Shown: positions 45,691 through 55,085, counted from the first letter of the stretch. The stretch is 64,000 nucleotides of DNA from an uncultured Thermoleophilia bacterium (GCA_964533575.1 CAZHMG010000002.1:13373-77372); one strand, 5' to 3'. Notes: generated by a model not told the origin, from the letters alone. Translations and numbers: made by a program.

Positions 45691-45902
45691 CGGAAGTCCC
45701 CGAAGGTTCGGCCGATGACCGCGGCGAGATCGTAGTGCTCGCGGGCGCCCTCGGCGTCTCGGCAACGGACGCTCAGCATGGCGGCATCGCCCGGCTTCGT
45801 GCTCGACGTGAAGTGAGAGCCGTCGGCGTCACGAAAGAGCGAGATCCGGTTGCCGTTCGGCGAGCGATACTCGGCGAGCAACTCGACGCGATTCGGGCTC
45901 AT
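45687..45902 (-). CDS. prophage hypothetical protein
   Basis: 71 aa, ATGA overlap with ERF gene stop. Confidence 0.4.
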   Translation of the reverse strand: MSPNRVELLAEYRSPNGNRISLFRDADGSHFTSSTKPGDAAMLSVRCRDAEGAREHYDLAAVIGRTFGDFR

Positions 45903-46612
45903 GCTTCGCCCCCGTCGCCGGCCGGCGCGCTCGCTGGCGGATCTTCGGACGCGGACGCCGATACTTCGCCCGTCACCGGATCGGCGCCGTGTTTCACCTT
46001 TGCGGCGATCCGGTCGATCAAGTCGGACGCTTGCGAGCGGTCGAGATCCTCGAGCCGCTCGACGCCGTAGCGCCGCGTCAGGACGGATGCGAGCTCGGCC
46101 TCATAGATCCCCGCGGCCTCGACGTCGGCACGGATCTTTGCGAGTTGCTTGTCGCTTGCGCCGGCGGCGCGGCCGTGACGCCGGCCGCCGCTCGAGCCCG
46201 ACGCCGCAGCGGCGCCGCCGTCGTCTTCGCCGGCGGCCGCCAGGTTGAGTGCGGCGAGCAGCCCATAGCGGCGTGAGTACGTCGCCGCAGAGCCGATCTC
46301 TTGCGCCGTGCTCCCGCGCGGCATCCAGACGGGCTCATACTCGATGAACTCGCCAGACGTGTGCAGGAGCAGAGTACGGGCGCCGATCGCCTCGCCGATC
46401 TCGATCTCTTGCGTGATCGTGAGCCCGTGCTTCGCCAGGCCGGCGCGGGCGCTATCGATGACGTCGGCGAGATCGGCGAAGCCGTAGGAATAGCGGACGC
46501 CGGACGTCTTGCCCTGCACGTCCGCCGTCTTCGTCTTCGGCGGATTCTTCGCTTCGGCGTGGAAGGCGGCCAGCGCGGCCGCGAGCTCGCCGATCGTTTG
46601 TGAGCGGTTCAC
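45899..46612 (-). CDS. erf: ERF-family single-strand annealing protein
   Basis: ..ELAAALAAFHAEAKNPPKTKTADVQGKTSGVRYSYGFADLADV.. ERF signature; low-complexity acidic C-terminus. Confidence 0.75.
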   Translation of the reverse strand: MNRSQTIGELAAALAAFHAEAKNPPKTKTADVQGKTSGVRYSYGFADLADVIDSARAGLAKHGLTITQEIEIGEAIGARTLLLHTSGEFIEYEPVWMPRGSTAQEIGSAATYSRRYGLLAALNLAAAGEDDGGAAAASGSSGGRRHGRAAGASDKQLAKIRADVEAAGIYEAELASVLTRRYGVERLEDLDRSQASDLIDRIAAKVKHGADPVTGEVSASASEDPPASAPAGDGGEA

Positions 46613-46621
46613 GGTTTCCCC

Positions 46622-46876
46622 CTAGAAGTAGCGGCGACGATGCGCCACGCGATTGACTTGCCGGCGCATCGCCTCGGCTTGCTCGCGGTCGCGCCGGCGC
46701 TCCCAATGCGCCGCGGAGCGGCGACACTCGGCAGCCCGCGCCGAATCCCCGCGCTCCTCAGCCCTGTAGGCGTGCGTGATCATGTCGGAGCGCAGCCGCT
46801 CGAAGAGCGCCGCGTTCCCGAGCCACTCGACGGAGCCCTTCGGCGGCCTTGCCGGCGGCTCGAGTCGCGGGCTCAT
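46622..46876 (-). CDS. prophage hypothetical protein
   Basis: 84 aa, start overlaps upstream stop. Confidence 0.35.
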   Translation of the reverse strand: MSPRLEPPARPPKGSVEWLGNAALFERLRSDMITHAYRAEERGDSARAAECRRSAAHWERRRDREQAEAMRRQVNRVAHRRRYF

Positions 46877-47109
46877 GAGTCGCCCCCGTCGACGGACGCC
46901 GCCCAAGTCGTCTGCTCACGCAGGAAGCGGCGGACCTCGCGCGCGTCGACGAGCAGCGTTCGCGAGTAGGAGAGACGGCCGAGGCGGCCGGTATTCACGA
47001 GCTCATAGACCTTGCGCCGGTTGCAGCGGAGCACGGCCTCGAGTTGCTCGGCGTCGAGCACGCTCGGCAGATCCTCGAAGCGAGCGGGCGCTTCAGCGCA
47101 GCCGCTCAC
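46873..47109 (-). CDS. HTH_17 (excisionase/MerR-like) DNA-binding protein
   Basis: GTG start overlapping upstream stop; ..LLDAEQLEAVLRCNRRKVYELVNTGRLGRLSYSRTLLVDAREVRRFL.. Confidence 0.55.
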   Translation of the reverse strand: MSGCAEAPARFEDLPSVLDAEQLEAVLRCNRRKVYELVNTGRLGRLSYSRTLLVDAREVRRFLREQTTWAASVDGGDS

Positions 47110-47489
47110 CGCCGGCCGGCCTTCGTCGAGCGCCAGAGTTGGCGCAGCGCGAGCCAGCCGAGAGCGAGGCCCGCACCGAGAGCCACGCCGCGCCAGCCTC
47201 CGAGCGCGACCAGGACATGCGCGGCGAGATAGATCGCGGCGACGGCGCAGATCCCGACGATGAAGAACTCTTCGGCGGCGCCGGTGCTCGGCTTTCGCGT
47301 GCGGCACAGAAAGGCGACGAAACGTCTATAGATCGCGCCGGAAAGTACACGAAATGCACAGCGGCAGGAGTTGACTACTAGACCCGTCGGCGATACAACG
47401 CAAGAGACGTGACGGGATTCTTCGCGGAACCTCGGAGCGTTATGGGCGCCGTATCTTTGACCGGAGCGGCGCCCTTCTTCTTTTCGCAT
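47106..47489 (-). CDS. prophage small membrane protein; start uncertain
   Basis: two TM helices (..FFIVGICAVAAIYLAAHVLVALGG.. / ..GAGLALGWLAL..). Confidence 0.4.
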   Translation of the reverse strand: MRKEEGRRSGQRYGAHNAPRFREESRHVSCVVSPTGLVVNSCRCAFRVLSGAIYRRFVAFLCRTRKPSTGAAEEFFIVGICAVAAIYLAAHVLVALGGWRGVALGAGLALGWLALRQLWRSTKAGRR

Positions 47490-47556
47490 GGCAAATCGCC
47501 TCCCGAAAGAGTAGGGACGGAATCACGGAACGTCATATCAAAGGCAGCTCCCTCGC

Positions 47557-47571
47557 TCGCTTTACGTTTCG
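47557..47571. repeat. 15-mer TCGCTTTACGTTTCG, copy 1 (upstream of 47106..47489 gene)
   Basis: exact direct repeat of copy at 47965..47979. Confidence 0.6.
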
Positions 47572-47705
47572 ACCTTACGACGCCGGTTAGCTTTCTCCTG
47601 TGCTGATCTCGACCGGCGGCAACTTTTACTTTACACCGGCGGCCGAGCAGAATCGACGGCTCGCGGGAACGAGCGTCGCCGGGAGTGACGACACTCAGTC
47701 AGGTG

Positions 47706-47918
47706 TCAGGGTTGAAAGAGCTCGTCGATCGAGCGCCGCGAGATCAGCCACCAGCTTTGCGCGCCGCCAGGCTGTACGCCGCGGAGCTTGCCGATCCGGC
47801 AATACCGATGAAGCGTCGGCTTCGTGATCTCTATGCCGTATCGCTCGCGAATGTAGTCGATCGCCTCTTGGCTCCGCAGCAGTTGCAGGTCGCCCGCGTC
47901 CGCGCCTTGTTGGCCCAC
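47706..47918 (-). CDS. HTH_17-type DNA-binding regulator (excisionase/AlpA-like)
   Basis: ..AIDYIRERYGIEITKPTLHRYCRIGKLRGVQPGGAQSWWLISRRSIDELF. Confidence 0.6.
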   Translation of the reverse strand: MGQQGADAGDLQLLRSQEAIDYIRERYGIEITKPTLHRYCRIGKLRGVQPGGAQSWWLISRRSIDELFQP

Positions 47919-47964
47919 CCGAGCCCCCTCCGTCGTCGCCCCACAACGCCCGCAGGATACACCT

Positions 47965-47979
47965 TCGCTTTACGTTTCG
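47965..47979. repeat. 15-mer TCGCTTTACGTTTCG, copy 2 (upstream of HTH gene 47706..47918)
   Basis: exact direct repeat of copy at 47557..47571. Confidence 0.6.
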
Positions 47980-48425
47980 CGAAGCCTTCTCAGCTGCAGC
48001 CGGCACGCATCACAGTGATGAAAGAGCCTGCGGCCGTGCTCGTCGACGACCGTCTCGAGCTCGCCGGCGGCGATCCAGGCGCGATAGTCGTCGGCGCTCG
48101 GCGCCCGATCGCCGATGAGATCGGCCATGAGCTCGGCGCACGTTTCGGGAGTATGCAGGCGATCGCCGCGGCGATAACGCGGGAGCGTTGTCGGCGGATC
48201 GAGGCGATGCCAAAGGAGTCCCGCGAGTTCGAGGAAGGCGCCGCAGAAGTCGCAGCGCGTGAATCGCCAGACGCGATCGGCGCCTTTCGTCGCCGGCAGG
48301 CGGCCGGCGGCGATCATCGCCCGAATCGCAGAAGCCGGAAGGCGCCGACCGAACTCCCGGCGCGCGAACTCGCGAGCCTCGGAGATCGTCAGGAGATCAT
48401 CGCGTTCGTCGCCGTACCTGCCCAT
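47970..48425 (-). CDS. prophage hypothetical protein (possible HTH)
   Basis: 151 aa from internal Met MGRYGDERDDLLTISEAREFARREFG..; upstream part of ORF is Arg/Ser-rich GC artefact. Confidence 0.45.
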   Translation of the reverse strand: MGRYGDERDDLLTISEAREFARREFGRRLPASAIRAMIAAGRLPATKGADRVWRFTRCDFCGAFLELAGLLWHRLDPPTTLPRYRRGDRLHTPETCAELMADLIGDRAPSADDYRAWIAAGELETVVDEHGRRLFHHCDACRLQLRRLRET

Positions 48426-48567
48426 CTTCTCAGTGTAGGTATCGGAAACCAGACCCAAGAACCATAGATCCTCGAGCCCGCCGCGCGGCTGCGAGGCCGG
48501 CGACGGGCTCGAAGCGCCGGGAGATATGTCCCGGCAGGCGCGCCTTGGGGGAGAGGCGCGGCCTTCT

Positions 48568-48891
48568 TTACTTGCCGGCCGGCTCGCCGGCTCGCTTCGC
48601 GATCGCGCCCTTGAACCAGAGTTCATAGAAGCCGGTTGCGGCGGCATACGTCGCGCCCATGACGGCAAAGACGTGCGCGGCCGTGAGCTCGCCCCAGGCG
48701 CCAATGAGGCCGGCGACGTCGCCAGCGAGCCAGGTTGTCGCGAGCCCGACTGCGCCCGAGAGCACAATCGCGAGGATGAACTTCGCGCGCGATCCCCACT
48801 CGGCGCGCTTGACGAGTTGAACGAGCACGCTCGAGGCGCCGCCCGAGACGAGCAGGAGCGCGACGAGTGACACGATCTCAGCGATGCTCAT
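48568..48891 (-). CDS. holin
   Basis: 107 aa, three hydrophobic helices MSIAEIVSLVALLLVSGGASSVLVQLV.. charged C-terminus. Confidence 0.65.
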   Translation of the reverse strand: MSIAEIVSLVALLLVSGGASSVLVQLVKRAEWGSRAKFILAIVLSGAVGLATTWLAGDVAGLIGAWGELTAAHVFAVMGATYAAATGFYELWFKGAIAKRAGEPAGK

Positions 48892-48904
48892 TGTGAGCCC
48901 CCTT

Positions 48905-49537
48905 CTAGTCGCGGTCGATGTAGCGGTCGACCAGGTAGCGAATGACACGCTCCCGCGAGCCGTCCTCGAGCGGCTCGAGCGCGTCGCAGACGGAGCCGAG
49001 CGCGTGGATCTCGGGATCCGGCCGAGTCGAGAAGTGGCGCTCGAATGCCAGCGGCACTTCGTCGACGGCGACGATCGTCGCGCGGGCGCCAGCGGGCGCC
49101 GACGCCGGGTCCGCCGGCGTTTCGCCGGCTCGCGTTGCCTCTTCGGCCTCGCCAGACTTGCGCGGCGTGATGATCCCAAAGCGATAGCCGAGCCGCGGGA
49201 GCGACTCGATCGGCTCGCCGGCGGCCATGAGCTCGCGCAACACGGCGCCGGCCGTTGTGGCCGAGGCGCCGATCGCCGAGCCGACAGTCGCCGACGTGAC
49301 GACCTCGCCGGGACGCTCGCGCAGGAACGCGAGCGCCGCTTCGCGCTTGCCGTTGTGCATGACTTCCCCCTTGTGCTTCGCCTCGCAGGCCGCGCAGAGC
49401 CGGCCGGCGTTGTACACGCTCAGTAGCGTGTCGCACCCGTCACCCGAGCAGACGCGGCCGGCAGGATAGCGCCCTGGCGGCAGGCCGGCGGGCAAAGCCC
49501 GGATTGCGCGCGGCGTATCGTTGCGGAGCATGACCAC
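48905..49537 (-). CDS. prophage protein with N-terminal zinc-finger (CSGDGC..CAAC)
   Basis: 210-aa ORF. Confidence 0.5.
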   Translation of the reverse strand: MVMLRNDTPRAIRALPAGLPPGRYPAGRVCSGDGCDTLLSVYNAGRLCAACEAKHKGEVMHNGKREAALAFLRERPGEVVTSATVGSAIGASATTAGAVLRELMAAGEPIESLPRLGYRFGIITPRKSGEAEEATRAGETPADPASAPAGARATIVAVDEVPLAFERHFSTRPDPEIHALGSVCDALEPLEDGSRERVIRYLVDRYIDRD

Positions 49538-49540
49538 GTG

Positions 49541-49849
49541 CTACCCCTGGCGCCCGCGCTCGTCGGCGAGCCAGGCGGCGAAAAGGCCCGCGTATCCGAT
49601 GAGATCGTCGGCCGAGTCGGCGAGCGACTCGCCGGCGACGGCCGGATCGCTGTCGAGCAGCGTCGCGCAGCGGCTCACCTTGTCGAGCAGCCGTACGAGG
49701 ATCGCGCGACCAGGATTGACGCCGACGAGCTCGGCGGATCGGAAGCAGCGCCACGGATCGATCTCGCCGGCATAGTCGCGATTCTTACGCTCGAGTGTCG
49801 TTTGCACGCGGGCGAAGGCGGCGGCCGTGTCCTCGAGTAGCGCGCTCAT
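49541..49849 (-). CDS. prophage hypothetical protein
   Basis: 102 aa; ATGA overlap with downstream gene. Confidence 0.45.
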   Translation of the reverse strand: MSALLEDTAAAFARVQTTLERKNRDYAGEIDPWRCFRSAELVGVNPGRAILVRLLDKVSRCATLLDSDPAVAGESLADSADDLIGYAGLFAAWLADERGRQG

Positions 49850-51120
49850 GAGGCGTGCTCGCCATAGAGGCGCGGCCGGCGGATCTCGCCGGGCGCGAGT
49901 TGCAGGAACGCGACCTCGCCGACGCCGAAATCGCGGCTCATGTAGATGAGATTCTGAGAGGGAGTCGTCGCGCCCAGGACGGCCGCCGTTGTGAGGCGAT
50001 TCGGCCCGACCGCGTTCCCGTTTACGATCCGCTGCCCGCGGCCGCTCGGCAGGACCGCGGCCTGGTGCCAGTGAGAGAGAAGCCAGACGTGAAAGATCGT
50101 GTCGAGCTCCTGCAGGAGCCGGCCTTGCGCTTTGTCGAGCCCGTAATAGGGGAAGCCGCCCCAGCCGCGAACCTCGTCGCCGTGCGTCATGAGCACCGGC
50201 ACGCCGGCGGCCATGAATAGGAGCCGGCCGGCCGGCTCATGCCCCCACTCGTGCAGGGGATGATTCGCGAGGCGAAGCCGCAGGAACTCATAGAGCAGCA
50301 CGTCGAATGAGAACGTCGGCGGCGTTGCGCCGCCCTTGCGCCCGCCCGGCTTGCCGTGATTGCCCGGCACGAGATAGACGTCGACGATCGTTTTCGGCCC
50401 GAGCGCCCGCACGAGCTCGGAGATCGCCGCGGCGAAGATACTCGATCCGTCGATCGCCTGCACGGCGGCGTCACGATCGAGACTCCAGGGTTGCCCCGAG
50501 AAGACGTCGTGACCCTCGACCATATCGCCCGAGATCGCGAGCACGACGCGCCAGACGTCGTAAGCTTGGCGCTTGTTTTCGATCTCGCCGATCGCAGCAT
50601 CGAGCCACCGTTGAAGCCGGCGCTCGGCGACCGCCCACGAGTACTCATTCGTCCCGCCCGTGTCGACGTCCCGGACAAGCTGCCCGAGTTGCCAGTCGGA
50701 GATCTGAAGAATCGCCTCCCGCTTCGGCAGGCGTTTGCCTTTCGCCGGCTTCGCCGGCAGGCTCGAGAACGCCGGCGCCGGCAACGGATCGGCGTGACGT
50801 TCGGCGAGCGCCGCGGCGATCTCGTCTTGCTGTCGGATCCGCCCGAGCGCCTGCTCATACTGCCGGCGCCAGTATTCGCCCCGCTCGCGGGCGCCCTTGA
50901 GCTCGAGATCGCGATCGAGCGCCTCGGCCGGCTCGAGATCCGCCGGCCGCCGGTTGTGTGAAGCGACGAGCTCGGAGAGATCCTCGCCAGTGTCACGCGC
51001 CCACCGGCGCAACGTCTGAGGATTGACGCCGAGCCGGCGCGCGAGATCGAGCACAGATGTAGCGACCTCGCGCGCCGCCCGATAGACCTCGGGATCCGGC
51101 GCCCACCTTGGCGCACTCAC
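49846..51120 (-). CDS. metallophosphoesterase (calcineurin-like) with N-terminal HTH
   Basis: ..ISGDMVEGHD.. ..VPGNHG.. ..MTHGDE.. ..LLSHWHQ.. phosphoesterase motifs; N-terminal ..LARRLGVNPQTLRRWARDTG.. Confidence 0.7.
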   Translation of the reverse strand: MSAPRWAPDPEVYRAAREVATSVLDLARRLGVNPQTLRRWARDTGEDLSELVASHNRRPADLEPAEALDRDLELKGARERGEYWRRQYEQALGRIRQQDEIAAALAERHADPLPAPAFSSLPAKPAKGKRLPKREAILQISDWQLGQLVRDVDTGGTNEYSWAVAERRLQRWLDAAIGEIENKRQAYDVWRVVLAISGDMVEGHDVFSGQPWSLDRDAAVQAIDGSSIFAAAISELVRALGPKTIVDVYLVPGNHGKPGGRKGGATPPTFSFDVLLYEFLRLRLANHPLHEWGHEPAGRLLFMAAGVPVLMTHGDEVRGWGGFPYYGLDKAQGRLLQELDTIFHVWLLSHWHQAAVLPSGRGQRIVNGNAVGPNRLTTAAVLGATTPSQNLIYMSRDFGVGEVAFLQLAPGEIRRPRLYGEHAS

Positions 51121-51129
51121 TCGCGCCCC

Positions 51130-51951
51130 TTACTTCGTGAGCGCGTTGAAGAGCGCGCGCGTCGGTAGCGAGCTCTTCGGCACCGCCGGGTTTGTCTTGT
51201 TGACCCGCGAGGAAACGCGCCAGGCGAGACGGCGCGCGTGCGTCCGCCAGACGGGCGCGAGGATCGAGATCCGCTCCCAGCCCGAGATGCGGATCCCCGC
51301 GAGTAGCGCGAACGTCAGCATCGCGTCCTTCAGCTTCGGCCAATCCTTCCGCGGCACGAGCTTCGGACCGGCCGGCGCGGCGTTGCTCGAGTCCGTGCTC
51401 GGCTTCGGCTTCACGCCGAGGAAGGCGAGGATCCCGCCGGCGATCGCGTCGGCGTAGAGATCGGGATGCTCGGCGATATGCACGGCGTCGCCGCGATTTG
51501 TGTGAAAACCGATTTCGAGATACGCGACCGGCGCGGCGGCATGGCGCGTCTCATAGAAGACGGGCGACGTATGCACGCCGCGGACGCCTGCCGGCGCCAC
51601 CTTCGCGAGCCGCGAGCAGATTTCGCGCGTGAGACGCGCGCCCTTGCTCGAGCCGGGATAGTGCCAGGCATCGGCGCCGCGCGCGCCGGACCCGCCGGCG
51701 TTGCTATGGATCGCGACGTGAGCTTGCGCGCCGAAGGCGTTGGAGCGCCCGACGACTCGCGAGAGCCACGTCCCATCGGGAAGCGATGTATTCCACTGCC
51801 GCGGCGTCATATCGACCTCGACGCCGGCGACCTCGAGCCGCTTCTTCGTGAGCTCGGCGACCTTGCGGCAGCGCGCCTCTTCGGTCCCGTAGCTGCCGAT
51901 GCCGACGTTGTGAACTTGTCCGGACGGCGAGAGATAGACTCGCGGGCTCAT
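51130..51951 (-). CDS. N-acetylmuramoyl-L-alanine amidase (Amidase_3) endolysin
   Basis: ..VYLSPSGQ.. ..VAIHSNAGG.. ..LEIGFHTNRGDA.. zinc-amidase motifs. Confidence 0.8.
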   Translation of the reverse strand: MSPRVYLSPSGQVHNVGIGSYGTEEARCRKVAELTKKRLEVAGVEVDMTPRQWNTSLPDGTWLSRVVGRSNAFGAQAHVAIHSNAGGSGARGADAWHYPGSSKGARLTREICSRLAKVAPAGVRGVHTSPVFYETRHAAAPVAYLEIGFHTNRGDAVHIAEHPDLYADAIAGGILAFLGVKPKPSTDSSNAAPAGPKLVPRKDWPKLKDAMLTFALLAGIRISGWERISILAPVWRTHARRLAWRVSSRVNKTNPAVPKSSLPTRALFNALTK

Positions 51952-51967
51952 GAAGTCCCCCTATCAG

Positions 51968-52390
51968 TCAGGCGCGCCGGCGCCGGGTAGCGCGATCGGC
52001 GCGCGTCTTCGCCCGATGACAGCGCAGGCAGCGGGCGCGCAGGTTGTCTACAAGGTTCGTACCGCCGTCACGCAGCGGCACGACGTGATCGCACTCCCAG
52101 GACTTGCCGAGGCTCGCGCCGCAGTCTTCGCAGCGGCCGCCGGCGAGCTTGAAGCGCGCGGCCCGGTTGCGCGCGTACTCAGGCGAGGCGTACTCGGCGC
52201 GCCACGGTTGCCGCTCGAGCCGCTCGATCTCGGCCGAGTGCTCGGAGCAGTAGGCGCCGCCGTCCGTTCGGCGCCCACAGACGCGGCAGACGCCGGCACG
52301 ACGGCCGCCGGCGGCGCAGACAGGGCAGGAGCCGCCCGCCGGCACGCGGGCGCCACAGGCGGCGCAGGGACGGGCAAAGCGGCGACTCAT
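51968..52390 (-). CDS. HNH endonuclease
   Basis: ..CEDCGASLGKSWECDHVVPLRDGGTNLVDNLRARCLRCHRAKT.. plus N-terminal Cys cluster. Confidence 0.75.
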   Translation of the reverse strand: MSRRFARPCAACGARVPAGGSCPVCAAGGRRAGVCRVCGRRTDGGAYCSEHSAEIERLERQPWRAEYASPEYARNRAARFKLAGGRCEDCGASLGKSWECDHVVPLRDGGTNLVDNLRARCLRCHRAKTRADRATRRRRA

Positions 52391-52881
52391 GACGACGCCC
52401 CCGCTCGGCTTCGCTTCTTCGCCTGGCGCGCTTGCCAGAGATCGCGTTGCGCTTCTTCCTCGCGCTCGCGCGCCGCCGTGTCTTCGCGATGTAGTCGCGC
52501 CAGGCGGCGCAAGTGACACGGCCGGCAGAGTCCGCTTGTCGGCTCGGCGTAGTCGCGCGCGCAGCTAGGACAGAGCTCGCCCTCGGCCTCGAGGCGTCGA
52601 CGGCGCTCGAGCCGACTCACGTCGACGGATCCGCCGGCGAGCGCCTCGAGATCCCGGCGCATCGAGACGCCACGCGGCTGCCCGAGCATTGACCCCCGGC
52701 GCGAGCCCGGTTGACGGAGTGAGATCCGGAAGCGGCTTGCGGCGCGCTTGACGGCGCCGCGCGTCTTGCCGAGCCGGGACGCGAGTTCTTCGGCGCCGAG
52801 CTCGGCGTGTGCTCTTAGATAGGCGATCTCTCTCGACGTCCACATAAAGGATACGTCGAAAGGTGACACGATCTCAGGCAT
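52387..52881 (-). CDS. prophage hypothetical protein (HTH-like); start uncertain
   Basis: ..REIAYLRAHAELGAEELASRLGKTRGAVKRAASRF.. Confidence 0.4.
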   Translation of the reverse strand: MPEIVSPFDVSFMWTSREIAYLRAHAELGAEELASRLGKTRGAVKRAASRFRISLRQPGSRRGSMLGQPRGVSMRRDLEALAGGSVDVSRLERRRRLEAEGELCPSCARDYAEPTSGLCRPCHLRRLARLHREDTAAREREEEAQRDLWQARQAKKRSRAGASS

Positions 52882-52895
52882 GAGCCCGAATCGCC

Positions 52896-53306
52896 TTAGC
52901 CTTCCGGCTTGCCGAGCGCCGGATCGCCGGCAGGAACGACGCGATGAGGACACGTCCAGGCGATCGCGCAGATCCCGGCGTCGACGACGGCCTCGACGAT
53001 CTGCCGATATGAGTCTTCCATCGCCTCGAGGCGCCGGCGATAGTCGTCGCGCTCGCCGAGCCAGGCGTCTTCCCGCGCAAGCGCCTGGCGCACCTGCTCG
53101 CGGAGCTCGCCGTTCGCTTCCTTCAGGCTCTCGATCATCTCGTCTTTGATCGCCAGGAGCTCGCTGATCTCGGCGCGCTCGTCGGTGTGAGCGTCGAGCG
53201 CGGCTCGCGCGTTGTCGGCGCGTGCCTTGAAGACCCCGAAGACGACGCCCGCGATACCGGCAGCAGCGCCCGCGACGGCGACGATTGTCGGCAGGAGCTC
53301 CACGTC
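52896..53306 (-). CDS. prophage membrane/coiled-coil protein
   Basis: GTG start overlapping upstream stop; one TM then coiled coil. Confidence 0.4.
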   Translation of the reverse strand, partial: DVELLPTIVAVAGAAAGIAGVVFGVFKARADNARAALDAHTDERAEISELLAIKDEMIESLKEANGELREQVRQALAREDAWLGERDDYRRRLEAMEDSYRQIVEAVVDAGICAIAWTCPHRVVPAGDPALGKPEG

Positions 53307-53976
53307 AGGACGGAAGCGGCCGTCTCCAGGCCGCCGTGAGGCGCGGCGCATAGGCGAGCGATTGACAGGCCAGCGCAGCGCCGGACGACTGGCGCACCCA
53401 CAGCTTGACCACGGAGTTGAGCGCGCATTCGACCTCAGTTGCGGCCGTGAGCATGTTTGTCCCGATGCTATGGCCCGCGAGCACGAGGCGCCCCTTCATC
53501 GCACCGTCGACTTCGACCCACACCGCACGGAGCCCGCTCGCGTTGCCCGGAAAGGCGACCGTGTACGTGAAGCCGTACACGCCCGGCGCTTTCACTGTGA
53601 GGCGATCCGAGGCGCCCGTCGAGAACATCGAATGAGTATCGGCGTCGACGACGGCCGAACTCGTGAAGTCGATAGCCGTGTCGGTTGCGTTCGCGATCGA
53701 TTGATCCGTCGGCCGATTGAGATCGGCGAATGCCGGCCCGACGGGAGCGATCGTGCCAATCGCGAAGAGATCGAGCCCGTCAGTCGCCAGCCAGACGCCG
53801 GCGCCTACCTTCGGACAGACGGATGACAGCGCCTTGACGCCGGAGACGACCGTCGAGCTCCCGGCAACCTTGACGGAGAGCGTCCCGTCCGCGGCGATCG
53901 CCGAGACGGCGCCTTTCCGGAAGCGCAGCGGCGCGCCAGACGGCGCGAGGAGCGCGGCGACGTCGTGAAGATCCAT
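53305..53976 (-). CDS. minor tail protein
   Basis: 224 aa, position downstream of tape measure; start TGATG-overlaps preceding gene. Confidence 0.55.
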   Translation of the reverse strand: MDLHDVAALLAPSGAPLRFRKGAVSAIAADGTLSVKVAGSSTVVSGVKALSSVCPKVGAGVWLATDGLDLFAIGTIAPVGPAFADLNRPTDQSIANATDTAIDFTSSAVVDADTHSMFSTGASDRLTVKAPGVYGFTYTVAFPGNASGLRAVWVEVDGAMKGRLVLAGHSIGTNMLTAATEVECALNSVVKLWVRQSSGAALACQSLAYAPRLTAAWRRPLPS

Positions 53977-55085
53977 CAAGCCACCTCCAGAACCTCGCGC
54001 GTGGTGATCGCCATTGTCCCGCCGAGATCGAGCGGGATCCCGATCGCGTCGAGCACGTAGGCGCGGCTCGAGCCGTCCGACTGCTCGACGGCGATCACCT
54101 CGAGCGGCTGCAAGCCAGGATGCACGGCGCTTTGACAGGAGAACGCCTCGACGCGCCCGAGCAGGCCGGCGAGGAGCTTCGCGGCGGCCGTCTCGCATTG
54201 ATCGGCCGTCGTCAAGAGCGGCGAGCTGTAGAAGTAGGGAACGCGGCCGAACGGCCCGAGCCGATACGTCGGACTCGCGGGATTGTCGTCCCACGCCTCG
54301 CCGCGGACCGGCACATCGACGCCCGTCCCCTCGCCCGTCGCGACGACGCCGTTGTACGTCCGCTCGAGCGTCGCGCTCAGCGTCGTTTCCGTGATGATCG
54401 CCGTCGCGCCGCGCGCGAACGTGAACACGGCTTCGCCAGGTGTCGCCGGCGCGATCCGCCGCACCGTGACGACGCCGGCCGGATCCGGACAGAGCACGTA
54501 GCCGAAAGCGCTGGCGAGGCTGCACGCGTCCGCCCAAGGGTCGGAGTCGGAGCCGGCCTCAGTGACGACCTGGACGCCGAGAGTATCGGGACAGACGTCC
54601 GACGTGATCGCCGTCGCAACGAGCGGGTAACGATCGGCGAGGAGCTCGGAGAGCGCCGTCGCGAGCGGTGTTCCGCTTGCGATCGTGTAGGGATCGACCC
54701 AACGCGCGCGCTGGATCCGAATCGAGACGTCGCTCGCCGTCACGCTCAGACTGTAGCCGGCGCCGGAGCGCTTGAGCTGCGGCTCGTCAGGCACGAAGCG
54801 CCCGAGCGCCGCGACGAGCTGAGTCCCGTCGGCGATCTCGACGCCACGCGCGATCGCGAGCTCGATCCCCGGCGTCTTGAGGAGCGCGAACACCGCCGGC
54901 AAGTCGAGATCCTCAGTCGGCGCGAGATCGAGTGACGCGTCGCGCCAGATAGAGCGACGCGCATCGGCCGTGACGCTCCCGCCCAGGACGGAGAGATCGG
55001 CCACCTTGGCGCCGGCCAGGTACGCGCCGCACGTGACGACGGCGCGCTGATACCCCCGGACGATCGCCTCGGCGAGCGTCGTCAC
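53976..55085 (-). CDS. minor tail protein
   Basis: 369 aa, Ala/Gly/Thr-rich beta-type composition typical of actinophage tail proteins. Confidence 0.6.
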   Translation of the reverse strand: MTTLAEAIVRGYQRAVVTCGAYLAGAKVADLSVLGGSVTADARRSIWRDASLDLAPTEDLDLPAVFALLKTPGIELAIARGVEIADGTQLVAALGRFVPDEPQLKRSGAGYSLSVTASDVSIRIQRARWVDPYTIASGTPLATALSELLADRYPLVATAITSDVCPDTLGVQVVTEAGSDSDPWADACSLASAFGYVLCPDPAGVVTVRRIAPATPGEAVFTFARGATAIITETTLSATLERTYNGVVATGEGTGVDVPVRGEAWDDNPASPTYRLGPFGRVPYFYSSPLLTTADQCETAAAKLLAGLLGRVEAFSCQSAVHPGLQPLEVIAVEQSDGSSRAYVLDAIGIPLDLGGTMAITTREVLEVA

